NCBI GenBank assembly: GCA_028534125.1
Contig: CM052818.1
Span: 27,964,001 to 28,028,000 of the forward strand
DNA length: 64,000 bases
Direction of reading: 5' to 3'
Source of the DNA: Lama glama
Lineage: Eukaryota
Under the pieces are notes generated by a model. That model saw nothing but the letters and a program-made list of their open reading frames with translations. It was not told where the DNA came from and searched no databases. The position numbers and the translations under genes are program-made. Below are positions 1 to 13,942 of the stretch, one piece after another; position 1 is the first letter of the stretch, and each line of letters opens with the position of its first letter.

Positions 1-1107
1 TCTGGCACCACAGGGCTACCCTGTCCTTTTCCTAGCACGAATGTCAGATGTGCAGGCCTGGGCTCTGGTCTCAGAGAGATAACTGTGCTTCTGTTCCAAG
101 CCCCAGGGATTTTCCAAAATTTTTGTAAAATGGATTCATAATACAAAGATGGATTGAGGAATAATTTTTAAAGTATCTTTAATGGTGGGGCATAATTGGT
201 ATTCAAATTAAGCCATTTAACTTTAAATAATGCCTATTTTTAGTTATATGACATTAAATCCGTTTTATGACTTAATCTATCAGCAGCAATACAACCAGAT
301 GATCTCTTTCTGAATCACTCATTGAATTCCATTATAGAAAGAATAATAATTTAATGTTCTCTGAAAGATTATAGCCCCAAATATGTTCAGTTCAGATATT
401 GTGTTGGTTGAGAAAAGGAAAAACACTTTTATATTCTAGATAACCAAAAGCAGAAAAACATCAAAAGAAAGGCCTTTATTAGATGAAATTGATAGATGTT
501 GAGAAATTAAATAATCAAATAAAATATAAATTTGAAGCAACAGGTAAACACATTTATAGGGTGAAACGTGGATTTTGGGCTGATTTATTATTTTTCTGTG
601 AAGTGATTTTCTTAAACACAAGCAGATGGATTAAAAAGTCATTTCTTATACAAATTTAAAGACTAAATAGAGAAAAGTGAACAAACAGTTTGTAAATGTG
701 GAGGTTTTGGATGTTTCAACTAAGAGTATGCAAACTTCAAGAAGTATATGCTTATTGCGTGTTATCCTAGTCACTAGCTAACTTCTGGTTGTAAAGGCCA
801 AGGTGATGTTATAAAGGAATGTTGTAACACTTTCTGAGAGAGAGGATATAAGCTTGTAATGGAATGTTTTGACTTAAAAATCTTAAAAATCCTTTCTGTT
901 ACTGAATAAGATTGTATAAAGAATAATACTTTTTGTTCTATTCTTTGAGCACTAGCTTTTTGTACTAGTTTCCTGGGAGATCAGACAATACTAGGATTTT
1001 TAGGGTAACAGCACACACGTCTCTGACTCTCCAAAGGTTTACTGTCTGTCTCCTGCTTCAGTCCAACCAGATAACTGCCAAGTCATCTCCAGCTGTGTGT
1101 TCTTACT

Positions 1108-1230
1108 GTTTCATTCCTTCATCCTGTATTTATTAGGTGCCTGTTGTGTGCCAGGCAATGTTCTAGGTGCTAGTCATAAAGCAGACAAATTCCCTGCCTC
1201 CAGGAAGTTTTTGTTTTGTTAGAATAGACA
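1108..1230 (-). mobile_element. L2 LINE 3' end fragment
   Basis: ttcattcc...tatttattaggtgcctgttgtgtgccaggcaatgttctaggtgct...agacaaattccctgcctccaggaag resembles the reverse-complemented L2 3' terminus. Confidence 0.7.
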
Positions 1231-1292
1231 AACAAGATAGCAATGTTAAGGATGTTCTTTTCCCATTGTGATACATTGCCTTTGGGCTAGAC

Positions 1293-1502
1293 CACGATTT
1301 CTCAACCTCTGCATTTGTCATATTTTTGGGCTGGATAATTCTCTGTTGTGAAGGACTGTTCTGTACACTATAGAATGTTTAGCTGTATCTCTGGCTTCTA
1401 CTCACTGAATTCCAGCAGCATCCCAAAGTTGTGACAACCAAAAATGTTTCCAGACATTGTCGGATGTCCACTGAGGGGCAAAATCTGAGTTCAGAATCAC
1501 TG
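1293..1502 (-). mobile_element. MER20 (hAT-Charlie MITE), full length
   Basis: Matches remembered MER20 consensus end to end (ttgtgacaaccaaaaatgtttccagacattg, ggggcaaaat, gaatcactg); 8-bp TSD ggctagac (1285-1292) / gcctagac (1503-1510). Confidence 0.9.
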
Positions 1503-4500
1503 GCCTAGACAAATCAGTGGGGCTTCCCTTCAAAATTTTCCCATTGTTACGCTGCTTCAGTGCTATGTCAGCATCTACACTGAGCTGATACTCCTTTTTA
1601 TATTTGTTTTAGACAAGTGCAGCCACTTTCCAGGCCCACGGTTTTGCAGGCCAAAAGTATTTCACACTTGGGAGTAGCTGCTGACCTAGCAGAAATAACC
1701 TAAGAAGTTTCTGGCAAAGGAGCTGTTTTGTTTCAGTGATAACGTGTATCTCACTTGCATTCTGAGTGGGGATGCTGCATATTGATAATCCTTTGCTTTC
1801 TCCAGTTGATTCATGGCATAGTTGCTGGTATTTTGTGTGTCTTTACTCCACAATGGTTTTGCTAAATACATGGCTTTCCACGGGCCTATTCTTGGTCTAA
1901 ATCTGAACAAACTGGTAACTTGACCCCATCTCAAACTATAAATTGTTTTCTGCATACAGACTTACTGGTCTTTGCTTTGTCAGAACACCTCCCTCTCTTT
2001 CTTTGCTTGCTTACAAAGGATCAAATCAGTGAGAAAACAACCATACTATTTTTCAGAAACTAGAGTCTATGTATCTTTTTGTGGCTTTTTGTCGTCTTGG
2101 AAAGGTGGGCATTGGAGAGGGGGGCATTCCACCTGGGATGGAAATTTTGATAATCAAGTTCTTCTCCAATTCTATGGTGAATTTTGGAATTTCTCTTCCT
2201 TTGTACACATATCTAAACTAAATAATTCTGCTTTTAATTGCAGCCTTCTGCGTCCTCCTTTTTGCTGTTCTTGGAAGAATAGTTATTGGCAGTGCTGAAA
2301 TTTCTATTACCAATAGAAAAAAGAAGTATAAATGTATTCTTCTATCACAAGCAATAGCCAAGGATATATTTATAGTCTGTCAAAAACAATATGAGCTTCT
2401 CTGCAAGGCTGCCCAATTTAAACCCAGCACTAAATGATATTTACACACATATCACCTCCTGTTGTCTTCTCCCCTGGCTTTGTGCAACAAATTGTGGATG
2501 CTTTTCATTTGTGGGCATGTTGTGTCACAGGTTCCAAAGGCTCATATGCCTGTAACTGAGTGTATTCCAGGTTTCCTTGTACTTCTTTTCTTATTGAAGA
2601 CAATTGCTGAATGAGAGATCTATTCTCGGTGAGCCAGACTGGATGAAATCATTTTTTGAGTAGCCAGAACAATGGTGGTAGTAGCAGGGTGACCTGATAG
2701 TGTCCCACACTCACACATGCACACATACACTTCCATCTGCCACATAGCTGATTCAAGAGCTGTAGGACTCTGCTTATACTGGAATATATTAACTCTCCTG
2801 TGGAGTCAGGTACTTGGCTTATATACTCCCTTGACAGCTGTGATTGAAGAGTCTTATACATATTAGGAAAGTCTTCCTTTTAAGATTTGTGCCATTATTT
2901 TGCATAACTTAAACAAAGCTGAGAATTTTTCTTTTCTTTTTTTTTTAATAGAGGAATTTTCAAGAAAAAAGTGTAAAAAGACCATACACCTCAGTGGGGT
3001 CTGATTGAGATATACTTTAATCTAAACTGATGCTCTCTTCTAAATGCTCCAGAACATGTTAGTTTTGACAAAATTTCAAGGAAAAGATATGGAACTCCCT
3101 GTTGTACTCTGATCAGTGGTCCCTGACTAATGATCATGAAATTTTCTTCCTGTTTTTCCTCTCATTTGCAGTATGTAACTTCTAACAGCTCTTTTAGCTG
3201 TAGTAAAAACAGACTTCTGGCCTAAAGAAAAATGACTAGTAGGCAACAAAAGATTTTAATGGCTGTCTAGTCCAAAATATGGGTTACTCTAAAATATTAA
3301 AATTGCAACCATGAATCCCCTTTGAATTCCTGAAGGTTTTTCTGCACTTTGCCAACCCCTTTATCCTGAAATACATGAAGATAACAGAAGAATGACAAAT
3401 CTAAACTGCAGATGGTTTTTCCATTTCTCTCATTTCATTCATTTTTAATGCAGATGATGGGATCTTTGGGACTTCAGAGCCATATTTGACAGCTTTTTCA
3501 TGTTTATTTGGATGGTGAGTTATGCTACAATTTGGATTTGAGGCACTCTTTCCAAGAATAAGTCATTTGTAATCCATGTATTTTTTAGTGGCTAAAATAT
3601 GACTATGCAGGTTTTATTGTTTCTTTCTTGTGATTTATGTTCTTTTATATGTATAACTTTTTTTAACCAAAGATTCAGTTTTCTGCTGATTTTAGACAAA
3701 AATGGTTGTATTTCTGGTTTTAGTGCAGAATTGCTGAAGAGTGTGAAGGCAAATAAAGAAAGTATCAAAATGAAGTCTCATTGTTTAAGAAAAAAATTCT
3801 TCAAGTACATAAATAATATATCTCATGTATTTATGATACTAGCTTCTTCAGCACGTGTCCCCAGCTGGTCCCCAATATTCTGCACTGTCCTTATGCACAA
3901 TAAATGCCTAGTGTCTCACTAAAGGAAAACATCACTTTCATGAGCTCTTCCTAAATTCTGAGACAGTCTTTGCCATCAAGGAAAACTGCTCTGCAGTACT
4001 ATAGAGCTTTCGGCTGTTTCTTCTCTTGCAAAATGAATTTTATTACAGTTATTTTGCTTATTAAAAAAAAAACTAAATAACTTTAAGTGACATTCAGTTT
4101 AGTTCAGTGTGTCAAAAATTTTTTAATTGTCTTTATCCCTCATTCCTACATTTCTACTAACACCCTCTTGTTTTCCAAAACAATTTCTCTTCTTATTGTG
4201 TGGTGACATTCAGGATGGAAATAGGTGTTGAGAGACCAGAAAATAGTCAGAATGATTAATACACTTTTCACTTCTTTCTTTTATGGCAAAGAACATGGAG
4301 TGTGGTATTCCCTCCAAAGCAGAAGCCAGCTTAAAGGTAGTTTTAAAATCTTCATGAAACTTTTCCCCAAGTCTAGAAAACCCAGGAGGTATTTATTTTT
4401 CTCGACCTTTTTTGATTACTTTCTATGCAGTGAGCACAGTGCTACGTATTGGGTAGTGAAGGCATTTTGTTGATATTTGAAAAATTTTTCTCTCTTTCTC

Positions 4501-5399
4501 CTGACATGTTTAAATTAAGTCCTGCCTGCAGAATTTAAAAAATCTGTTAACTTTACTGACAGATCCAGTCCAAATTGGTCAATTCTTTCTCTGAAATCTT
4601 ATAAGGCCTCATATCTTTTGGTTAAACCATTCATTTGGCACTTAATTCACTAAATGGAGAGTTCTCAGAGAGCAAGGACTGTACCTTTCAATATTGTGGC
4701 ATTTCTGGCATTCATTATCATATCCAAAAAAATACATGAAAAATTCTAGTCCCATACCTGTTAAGAATCAGCTTGTAACTTTAAATTTATCCTGATATCA
4801 TTTCCTCCAAAAATTCAAAAAACATAAATAAATTGAATATGCAGATTCTTGCTGTAATATAACAAAAGAGGTCACTAAATTATTTCTTCTCTGGGTTGTA
4901 AGATTTGGCCAGATATCATCCATTAATTGTATCAAACAAAGAATATCCTGCTTTCTAGAAAAGAAGATGTGGATAGAGTTTTCTCATTTAAAGTATTTCT
5001 TCTTTTTGTTTGGACTTTAAAATGAAAGCATCTGCTATCATTTGTCCTCTAGTGAGTACTAGTGCATTATACTGTGAATGAAAACGTAGCAAATGAATAT
5101 TAATTAACAAGATTAGATATAGCCAATAATTAACAGCTTGAAAGTTTTGGTTTTTTTTTTTTTTTTGGTCAATCGTGAGTATTTGTTCAGTTTATTTGTA
5201 CTATTAAGATTCAGTGTCAGAGAAAACTGATTTACTTTCTCTAAGTTCTGCTGCTTACTATGTAAAAGAGATAACTCCCTTAGAATTTCTGAACCTCTTT
5301 GAAATAAAGAAATAATGCTACACTTCCATTTTGTATTGGAACTGACATACAGTAATTTAGGTGTGCATAGAAAAGCTTTAGAATAAATAGGACAGCTAG

Positions 5400-8300
5400 A
5401 GCATTTGGATCAATTCACTGGCTAAAGACAATTTAAATAGCTCCAAAAAAGTAACAGAAATTTTCTTAAGAGCACAGAAGGAGGCTATGATTGAGTAGGC
5501 TACAATAACTAGGCCAAATTTGCCACTAAAAACAATAAGAAAAAAAGCCAGGTAAAGGGACTTTAAGATCTGTTTCAAGTCATTAAAATCTATTGAGGTA
5601 ACAGCACTGAGACCAAGATCCTGGAGAAGCAGAAGCCACAGAGAGAAGAGCCCAACTGTCTGTCATAGTATACCCCTTAAAGAATTTGCCAAATCTTAGT
5701 GCTGGGTGAGAAGCTGAAAAATGAGGCAGAGTGTGGCTAGCTGCCAAGAACCAGAGGAGGGAGCAAAACCTTGGCAATCTGACAGTGTTGGAGTTAAAAC
5801 ATCCCAAGGCAGGCAGGATTTGAGAGGCCAGCATCCAGGAGAGAAGGGAGGTCCTGAGAAGTGAGCCAAATGCTCACTTTTCTTCCCCTTGTAACCCTTA
5901 TTGAATTCTTAAGGTGCTTGGAGAAAAAGACTAAAAAAACTACAAGATTATTTGAAAATCTGTACAGTTATCATGGGTCTCTTGGTGAACAGGAGACAGC
6001 AAAGGGAGTTCGTGACTATAAAAGAAGGAGAGCATTTTGTAAACAGTAACAGGCTTTTGGTTGAGATCTCTTAAGAGGTAACCCAAGGTGCTGTGGCCAA
6101 AGAGAGGTACACAGTGCTTCCCCCAAAACTGCACCACATCCATGAATCAGCTCATTCCCTGGCTGAACACAGTGATCTGCTCCCTCTTAGGCTGCCTTAG
6201 AAAGGACAGGATCAGTTCTATTGGAAAGAAGAGGTTATTATTCACTGGCTTTAAATGTTTCATGGACAACATCCAGCATTCCATTAAAAAAAACAACCCT
6301 AAACCTACCAAAAACAAATAAATAAACCACCAAATAAATAAAGGAAGAGGGAAATCAACAATAGCAGCAAAGCACAGATGACGCAGGTATTGCAGTTGGG
6401 AGGCTAAACTTAAATTTGTGAGTAATATGTCCAAGAACATAGATGATAACAGGAAGCATTTCATCAGAGGACTGTTACCTAATGGAAAAGAAATAACGGG
6501 AAGTTCCTGACCTTAAAAAGCAGTAATGGGAACTGATGACTCAACAGATGGAGTTACCTACAGGTTGGACAAAACTGAATAGGTGATTAAAGTAATGATG
6601 ACTGAAAATAACCTGGGCTGAAGGATAAAAGTATGTGTGGAAAATACAAAAGGAAATGTAAGAGACATATGGGACACAGTGAAGACTACTAAAACACATG
6701 TACTTGGTGTCTCAGAAAGGAAGAAAAATTAGAGGTAGAAGCAATATTTTAAGAGATAATGATTGAGAATTCCCCCAACTTACAAAAACTTAAGCTATGT
6801 GAACAAGTATTATAAATCCAAAGTAAGTTAAATATGAAGAAATTCGTACCTAAGTATATCCCAGTGGAACTTGGAAACAGGAGACAAAGGAAAAAATCTT
6901 GTCAACAGAGAGGGAAAAGGACGTTGGCACTGAGGACTGGCTTCTAGACAAAAACAAAGATATGGTAATACAATAGAATGACATCTTTAAAGAAATGAAA
7001 GAAGATAACTGTCCCAATCAAATTCTACAGCAAGTAGAAATAGCCTTTTAAAATAAAGATAACATAAAGATTTTTACATTCAAACGAAAACTAAAGAAAT
7101 TATTGCCAGCAGATCCACACTTAAAACACAGACACACATGCACACATACACACAAGGAATTTATTAGGCAGAAATACGTAATCGATCACAGTTGGAAGCC
7201 AAGAAATGCATGAGGGAATTAAAGCTCTATGAAAACTGATTATATGAATAGATATTGATTGTACAAAACAATAATATTCATTTATTGAGTGCATAAAATA
7301 TTTGAGGAATCAAAATAATGACAAAATAACACAATAAGAGGGAGTGGAATAAATGGAGTAAATGTATTTTAAGGTCATCGTATTTTTAGGTGAGAAGTAA
7401 ATAAATTATTTCAGACTGCAATAAGTCAAAGTTGCATATTGTAACTACTGAAATTATTGTAAAGGATGTATAACTAACAAGATAAAAAATTGATCGATAA
7501 TGAAGTAATTCATTCACAAGAAATAGAGAAGAAAGAACATAAAATGGGTTGGTCAAATAGAAAGCAATAGTAAAAGCTAAATATGAAACCAAATGTGTCA
7601 AACAATACATTTAGTATAAGTAGGTACAATGCTCCAATTAAAAGACTGGATTTTATGAAAATGCTCAAATTTACTGACAAAAACACTTTAAATATTGTGA
7701 CAGGAAGGTTAAAAGTAAAAGGTTGGGGAAAGAGCTATCATGCAAAAATAAAGCTGTTATGTCAGTAGTAGAAACAAAGTAAATAAAATGACAAGAAATA
7801 AAACAATAGATAATTAGCAGAACTTCATTATGATACAAGAGTCAGTGTACTAGGAAGATATAACAGGATTACATTTGAATGGACCTAACACCAGGGATAC
7901 AAAATATGTAAGATAAAAATTAAAAGAACTACATGAGAAATGACAAATCTAAAATTATACTTAGAGATTTTAGCAGACTTCTCCCAATGACTGATCGTAT
8001 AAACAGACCGCCCCAAAATCAGTAAGTATATAGAGAATATAAACATTGTGAAAAACAAAGGTGCCTAATTGACGTGAATATCATTGCCTCCAACAATGAC
8101 AGAATATATTACATTGTCAAGTGCATGTAGAACACATATAAACCCAGTTTTGAAAAATGTTTCATGTGCCCTTGAAATATTTGTGTATTCAATTATTATT
8201 TGAAAACTAAGAAATGCAGTTCAGAATTATGAGACAATAAAAATATTAATTGATGTTAGAAAATATTTTAATAGTAGATATAGCATGTATCAAACTTTGA

Positions 8301-9670
8301 TGTGACTAAATCTGTGCTTAAATAATAATTCATACTGTAAAATTAATATATTAAATGTGTTTATAAATATTCATTTTATTTAAATATTCACTCTAGCATG
8401 TTAAAAACGGAAGGGCAAGTTAAATTCAATTTGACTGCACATATACAATATATTACATGTAAATATCTATATACAATACGCTGCACATTTAAAAAAAATT
8501 TGTATGTCTGTACTGTTCATTGTTTCTAAGAACAGTTCAGAGCTTTTTTAACTTACATAGTTACCAAAGGAATAAAGCCAACCACAAAATAAAAATCAAC
8601 AGAATGCAGTAATCGAATCATAAAGGTCAGTCAAATGTGCGTACACATATTCAAGAAATAACCATCTAAGTTATAAATAACAAATAAATCCTATGTGCCC
8701 TTTTATTTTTCAGATTCCACATATAAACAATAAGGGTTTTAAATAAAAACAAATAATGACTTTTATTTATTTGTGAATGACTTGATCTTATACATGAAAA
8801 AGTTTTAATTGTCCATGAAAAAACTATTAGAATTGACAAACAAAATTTTAAGTCACTAGACATAAGTCAATATAACAAATTCAATTATATTTCTTTATAT
8901 TAACAACAATCAGTAAACTATAAAATACTGTTGAAAAAGCAAGAAAGCCTAAACAAATGCAATGATATCACATGCTTATGAATTTGAAGACTTACTCTAG
9001 TGCATCTGTCAGTTCTACCCATTCATATCTATAGTATATATCCCAATATACAGATGTAATTCCAATCAAAATCAGAACATATTTTATTGTCAAATTAACA
9101 AGTTAGTTCAAGTTAATTATAAAATTTATATAGAAATACAGGGGGCCAAGAATAGCCAAGACAATGCTGAGAAAGAAAACTTTCAAAGAGATAAAAGTTG
9201 GCAGGCTTGCACTACTATGTATCAACATATATATTATGTAGGCCATAATTAAGAAAGTGTTTTATTAGCAGAGACACAGACAAAGAGACCAATAAAACAG
9301 AATAGAAAATTCAGAAACAAATTCATAGTCAAGTGACTTATGACAAAGGTGATGCACTGATACTGTGGTAAAAGAATGTCCTCTTTAATATAGTGTTTCT
9401 AAATTGATTGGGTATCTATTTGGGAAAAGAAAAAAGAACTTTGACCTCACTTTACACAGTACAGAAAAATCAATTCCAGATAGATCACAGACCTAAATAT
9501 GAAAGGTAAAATAATAAAGCTTTCAAACTAAACATAGAAGAACATCTTTATGCTCTTAAAGCAGGCTGTAATTTCTCATGAAGGACACTGAAAGTGTTCA
9601 ACATAAAGGCAAACAAAGCTTGATAAATTAGACTTCACTAAAAATAAGATCTCTGTTCAACAAAGACACT
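5400..9670 (+). mobile_element. Ancient L1 (L1M-type) remnant: 5' region, ORF1, ORF2 pieces
   Basis: A-rich; ORF1-like gaagcaatattttaagagataatgattgagaattcccc (~6740), endonuclease-region sequence 7600-8140, degenerate RT motif TTA TTT GTG AAT GAC TTG ATC (LFVNDLI for LFADDMI) ~8767, ORF2 C-terminal sequence (aagaatagccaagacaat, aaaatcaattccagatagatcacagacctaaat); many stops. Confidence 0.8.
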
Positions 9671-9690
9671 GTTATCAAAAAACCTGGATA

Positions 9691-10051
9691 GCGTAGTCTG
9701 TTCAGGATGCTGTAACAAAATACCACCAAACCTAATGACTTACAAACAGTGAACATTTATTTCTCATAATTTTGGAGGCCAAAAATCCAAGATCAGAGAA
9801 CCAGCATAGTCATGATCTGGTGAAGCCCCCTTCCAGGCTGTGGACTGCCAACTTCACACTGCATCCTCCTACTGTGGAAGGGGTGAGAGAGCTCTCTCTC
9901 TGCCTACTTTTATGAGGGCACTAATCTCATTCGTGAGGACTTCTCCCTCATGACCTAATCAGCTCCCAAATGTTCCACTGCCTCATCCTCTTGGAGAATC
10001 ACTCTTTCAGCAGATGAATTTGCGGAGGATACAGCTATTCAGACAATAGTA
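9691..10051 (-). mobile_element. MLT1A-like MaLR solo LTR
   Basis: tagtctgttcaggatgctgtaacaaaatacc...catttatttctcat...ttatgagggcactaatctcattcgtgagg...attcagacaatagta resembles reverse complement of MLT1A/MLT1A0. Confidence 0.85.
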
Positions 10052-10310
10052 CTCAGTCTAATCATGAGAAGAGTATTAGAAAAACCTCAGTTGAGGGACA
10101 TTTTATAAAAGATCTGACCAATATTTGTCAGAACTTGTCAAGATAATTAAAAACAAAGTCTTAGAAATTCTCATAGCCAAGAGGTACCTAAGGAAATATG
10201 ATGAATAAGTGTAATGTAGTATGCTGAATGGGATCCTAGAACAGAAAAAAAAATTATATTTTAAAAAAGGAAATTCAAATAAAATATGGACCTTAGTTAA
10301 TAATAATAAG
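10052..10310 (+). mobile_element. L1MC/L1MD-type 3' UTR fragment
   Basis: tctaatcatgagaa...ttgagggacattttat...tgtaatgtagtatgctgaatgggatcctagaacagaaaa is typical of L1MC-type 3' ends. Confidence 0.75.
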
Positions 10311-10319
10311 GCAATTCTA

Positions 10320-11640
10320 TAAAATGTTTGAGTAACATCATTAACAAATTTGACCTGATATACGTGTATAAAAATTTTTTTTTCAGCATACAAAGAACAG
10401 TTTCCCCAAATTATCTTTTACTGGCTACACAGAAAGTTTCAGGAAATTTCTAAGGTTAGAAATAATAGAAATTAGTTTTTATGACCATTGTACATTTAGG
10501 CTAGAAATCCATACTGAAGAGATAATTTGAAAATTATGATATACTAATAAATGACAACACTAAATATTGAAACTAGGTAAGCCAAAGATAGGATTCATAA
10601 TAGAAATAAAAAATTTGGGACTGAAAAGAAAAAATGCCACATTGCAAAAGTTTTAGAAATGCATTTGAAACAATACTTTGAGAAAAACATACAACTTTAA
10701 ATGAGTATTTTAGAAAGTCAAAATAGTTAAAATTAATCAGTATACCATTTGTCAAAGAAAAATGTATGTTAATAGAGTTAACTTATAATTCTCATATTAC
10801 ATGCACACATACGATAAACCCAAGGAAAATGCATAAAAGGAAATAAAATGGGTACAAGTACACATTAATAAATAGGAAATCAAATAATCATTTGAAAGAA
10901 AAATTAATCATTTGAGAAGAATAAAATTGACTTTCGGTGACTAATCAAGAAAGAGATAAATTCTAAATTAACAGTGTTAGGAATAAACTAAAGGATAGTC
11001 AGAATAGATGTTCAAAATAAAAAGACAGTAAGAGTACTTAAAATAAGTTTTGCTAATAAATCTAGAAACACAGAGGACACAGATACATTATTCAGAAAAA
11101 TAACACCAAAACTGATTCAAGAGGAAATATAAACTTGAATAATATTAAGGAAATCTAATCGATGGTCAAAAATATTCCCACTAATTTATTTCGGATAGCT
11201 TCACTAACAAATGATACCAACAGTCCGAGAAACTTAATTTTGATGTACACCATTAATTGTAGGAAACAAAAAAAGGTAGGCATAGATTACTCCAATTAAT
11301 AACAGATACAATTTTTATACAGAAAAGGGAAACTACAGGTTAATTCCATTCAAGCACATTGATGTAAAAGAAAATATTTTCAAATCAAAATCTAGGATAA
11401 TATATAAAAAGAGTTATATCATGACCAAGTTGGGTTTATTTTAGAAATGAAAGGATGTTTTAACTTTAAAAAGTTCATTAATATAATCCACCAGATTAAC
11501 AGACTAAAGGAGAAAAGGCATATGATTGTTTCAATGGCTGAACAGAAATTTTTTGAAAAAATCCAACACTCATTTATATAAAAGTCTTAGAAAAGTTGGA
11601 AGAAAAAACTTTGCTGTTTTTAAAAATCACACAATTTCAT
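10320..11640 (+). mobile_element. Ancient L1 ORF2 fragment (end of endonuclease to RT N-terminus)
   Basis: catgaccaagttgggtttatt (HDQVGFI), aatataatccaccagattaacagactaaagg (NIIHQINRLK), catatgattgtttcaat...aaaatccaacac (HMIVS...KIQH), all L1 RT motifs, ~11420-11570. Confidence 0.85.
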
Positions 11641-11689
11641 AAAATAAAATTTATTAAATTCATGTTCTATGTTATTCCTCAAAGAACAT

Positions 11690-13060
11690 CATGACATCAG
11701 GCAGAGTGAGAGTTTCCAGTGTCCTCCCCAGCCTAGCTCATCAGCACCCACAGAGACTTGTGTCCCCAGTGCTCCTGCACCCATCTCTAAATAGGAGATT
11801 GTCATACTCTTCTCTGTTAAACTGCATGTACTAAAGAAAAGATCCACAGACCCTGCCCTGTGGATGATTTCGGATGAAAAACCTGGCCAGCATACTCCTG
11901 TCAGTGAAAATGAATCTCCCTGACTTACACACAGCCTGACACATCAAGAAGTTTTTAGTGCCTTACTCTCAAATGTGAAGGAACAAGGATCACCAAATAT
12001 TTGAAGAAAACCTCCACCATGGATGACAGAAAACAAAAAGAGGAATGCAAAGGGAATGGAGATAATGCATGGGGAGATGTCTATAAAATAAAATTAATGT
12101 GCTGAGATTATAGACAATAGATTAATGAAAGAAAGAAAGTGAAACAGAAAAAAGAAGAGGAAATCATCTAAGGAATATTTAGGACACATATTCAAGAAAT
12201 TTTAGAACATGAGGGAAGTAGAGAAACTTCTAAAATCTTCCAAATTAATATCTTTAGTCTTGAAAATCATATGCAAAAGTATATGGAATAAGGTCATTGG
12301 ATCCCCCACAGTAAAACTGGAGGCAGTACCAAAGTTCAGAGTGAACACGAATTTCAGTGATCCAAGTGGTAAGTCCCTAAAAACGTGCCTCTCTTTTTAT
12401 TATTTTTCAGGAAGCTAGTATAGATTTTATTTTATTAAGATGAGGTATTAACCCAGAAAGAATAGAAAAGAGGGGAATCATCCCAGAGGAAGAATGAAGA
12501 AAATTTCTTACATGATGGGAAAAGGAAAGCCCACACTGGTACTTGTGCTGAAAGCTAAGAGAGTAATCAATCTAACCTGGAGCAGGAGAGCTGGAGGGTG
12601 CCTGAAGGGGTATCTCTGGGGAAAAGAAGAAAAAGAGAATTGATAAATTATTGGCAGGCTTTTTATGGAACTGTTACAGGAGGCTAGATATTTTATTTAG
12701 ATGTACAAAGAAAAGTAAACAAATGCAAAAAAAGAAACAATAATTACCTTTAGGGGAAAAAATAACTGCAGAATAAAATATATTCAATGAGATGTTCAGT
12801 AGTGAAAAATATTTACAGAGACGTAATAATAGAGACACTAAACACAGATGTGATCAAAAGCAGATACAGTCGTGTGCAGGGGACAGGGAGAAGGGAAGAA
12901 TGGAAGTCAGTGAAATTGGATCCTTACCCACCATGTTACATAGTCAGTTTATAATGCTGAATGGTAAACAGCAAATAGGTAACAGTACAAGAATAGTACT
13001 TAGAAATTCAGGCAATTTAAATTAATACTTTGCCAAATATAAATAAATCGTAAAGATAAA
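11690..13060 (+). mobile_element. HAL1 (half-L1) remnant
   Basis: aaggatcaccaaatatttgaagaaaacctcc, tttttcaggaagctag, agagagtaatcaatctaacctggagcagg resemble HAL1 consensus; highly diverged. Confidence 0.6.
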
Positions 13061-13269
13061 AAATAAAGTAGTGATGTGTGAATTGTAAGTAGAGAATAAA
13101 TGTGGTAGAATTTTATTACGGATGTGCAGTTTCTTCCTAGGGTAGGTTTTTGGACGTAATAAAGACTGTTTTGAAGCACTCTTCCAGTTCCTAGTATCTT
13201 TGCTAAGTTTTTACACTGAAGGATATATTATCACAGAATAAGAAATGTCTCCAATGTCTCGCATTCAAA

Positions 13270-13420
13270 TAACCTTCTGAACATTTATATAGGTGAAGAA
13301 AAATGTATTTATAATTTTTGAGTCTATAATTTAGCTCTGTTTTATATGTGAACACAAATTGTCATTTGCTTGATTTTGTGTATGTTTTCCAAATCAGTTA
13401 CACAGAGTTAAACAAAATAC
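13270..13420 (+). mobile_element. Charlie1-like hAT fragment
   Basis: tttataatttttgagtctataatttagctctgttttatatgtgaacacaa resembles Charlie1/Charlie1a 3' region. Confidence 0.4.
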
Positions 13421-13837
13421 CTTTCTCAAAGCAAGTACTTTAATGAAGATTATCAAATAATAATTCAATAAAAAGCATTTTTATGCAATACTTTTTAAAA
13501 ATACACAAGTGACATTTAGTTCCCTTCATATTTTCTTATCTAACTTAGTTAGCTTTTTAAAAAGTCTAACTTGTTTATGCCTGGCTTAACCCTTTGGCCT
13601 AACTGAAGGAATTTGTAACTCACCCATAGCCTTATCTTGAAGTCAGATATCATGAGGATGAATAACCCGGCTTGGATTACCCAATGTATTTCTTCCGTAC
13701 AGCTACAGGTAGCTTTGTTACATACCTAGAATTCTGGGAAAATTAAAGAGATGGACTTGGTTGGTGCTTCTAGTCTTCTGAAAAGCAAATTAAATTTGTC
13801 TTTCCTTCTGACTCTCGTGTCTCTTACAAATGCAACA

Positions 13838-13942
13838 TAAAATGAATATGCATATTGACTGGGACATTTTACTGTACACCAGAAATTGATACATTGTAAC
13901 TGACTATGCTTCAACTTAAAACAATTAAAAATTAAAAATAAA
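13838..13942 (+). mobile_element. Short 5'-truncated lineage-specific L1 3' end
   Basis: gactgggacattttactgtacaccagaaattgatacattgtaactgactatgcttcaac plus A-rich tail; same family as the minus-strand copy at ~59074. Confidence 0.75.
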
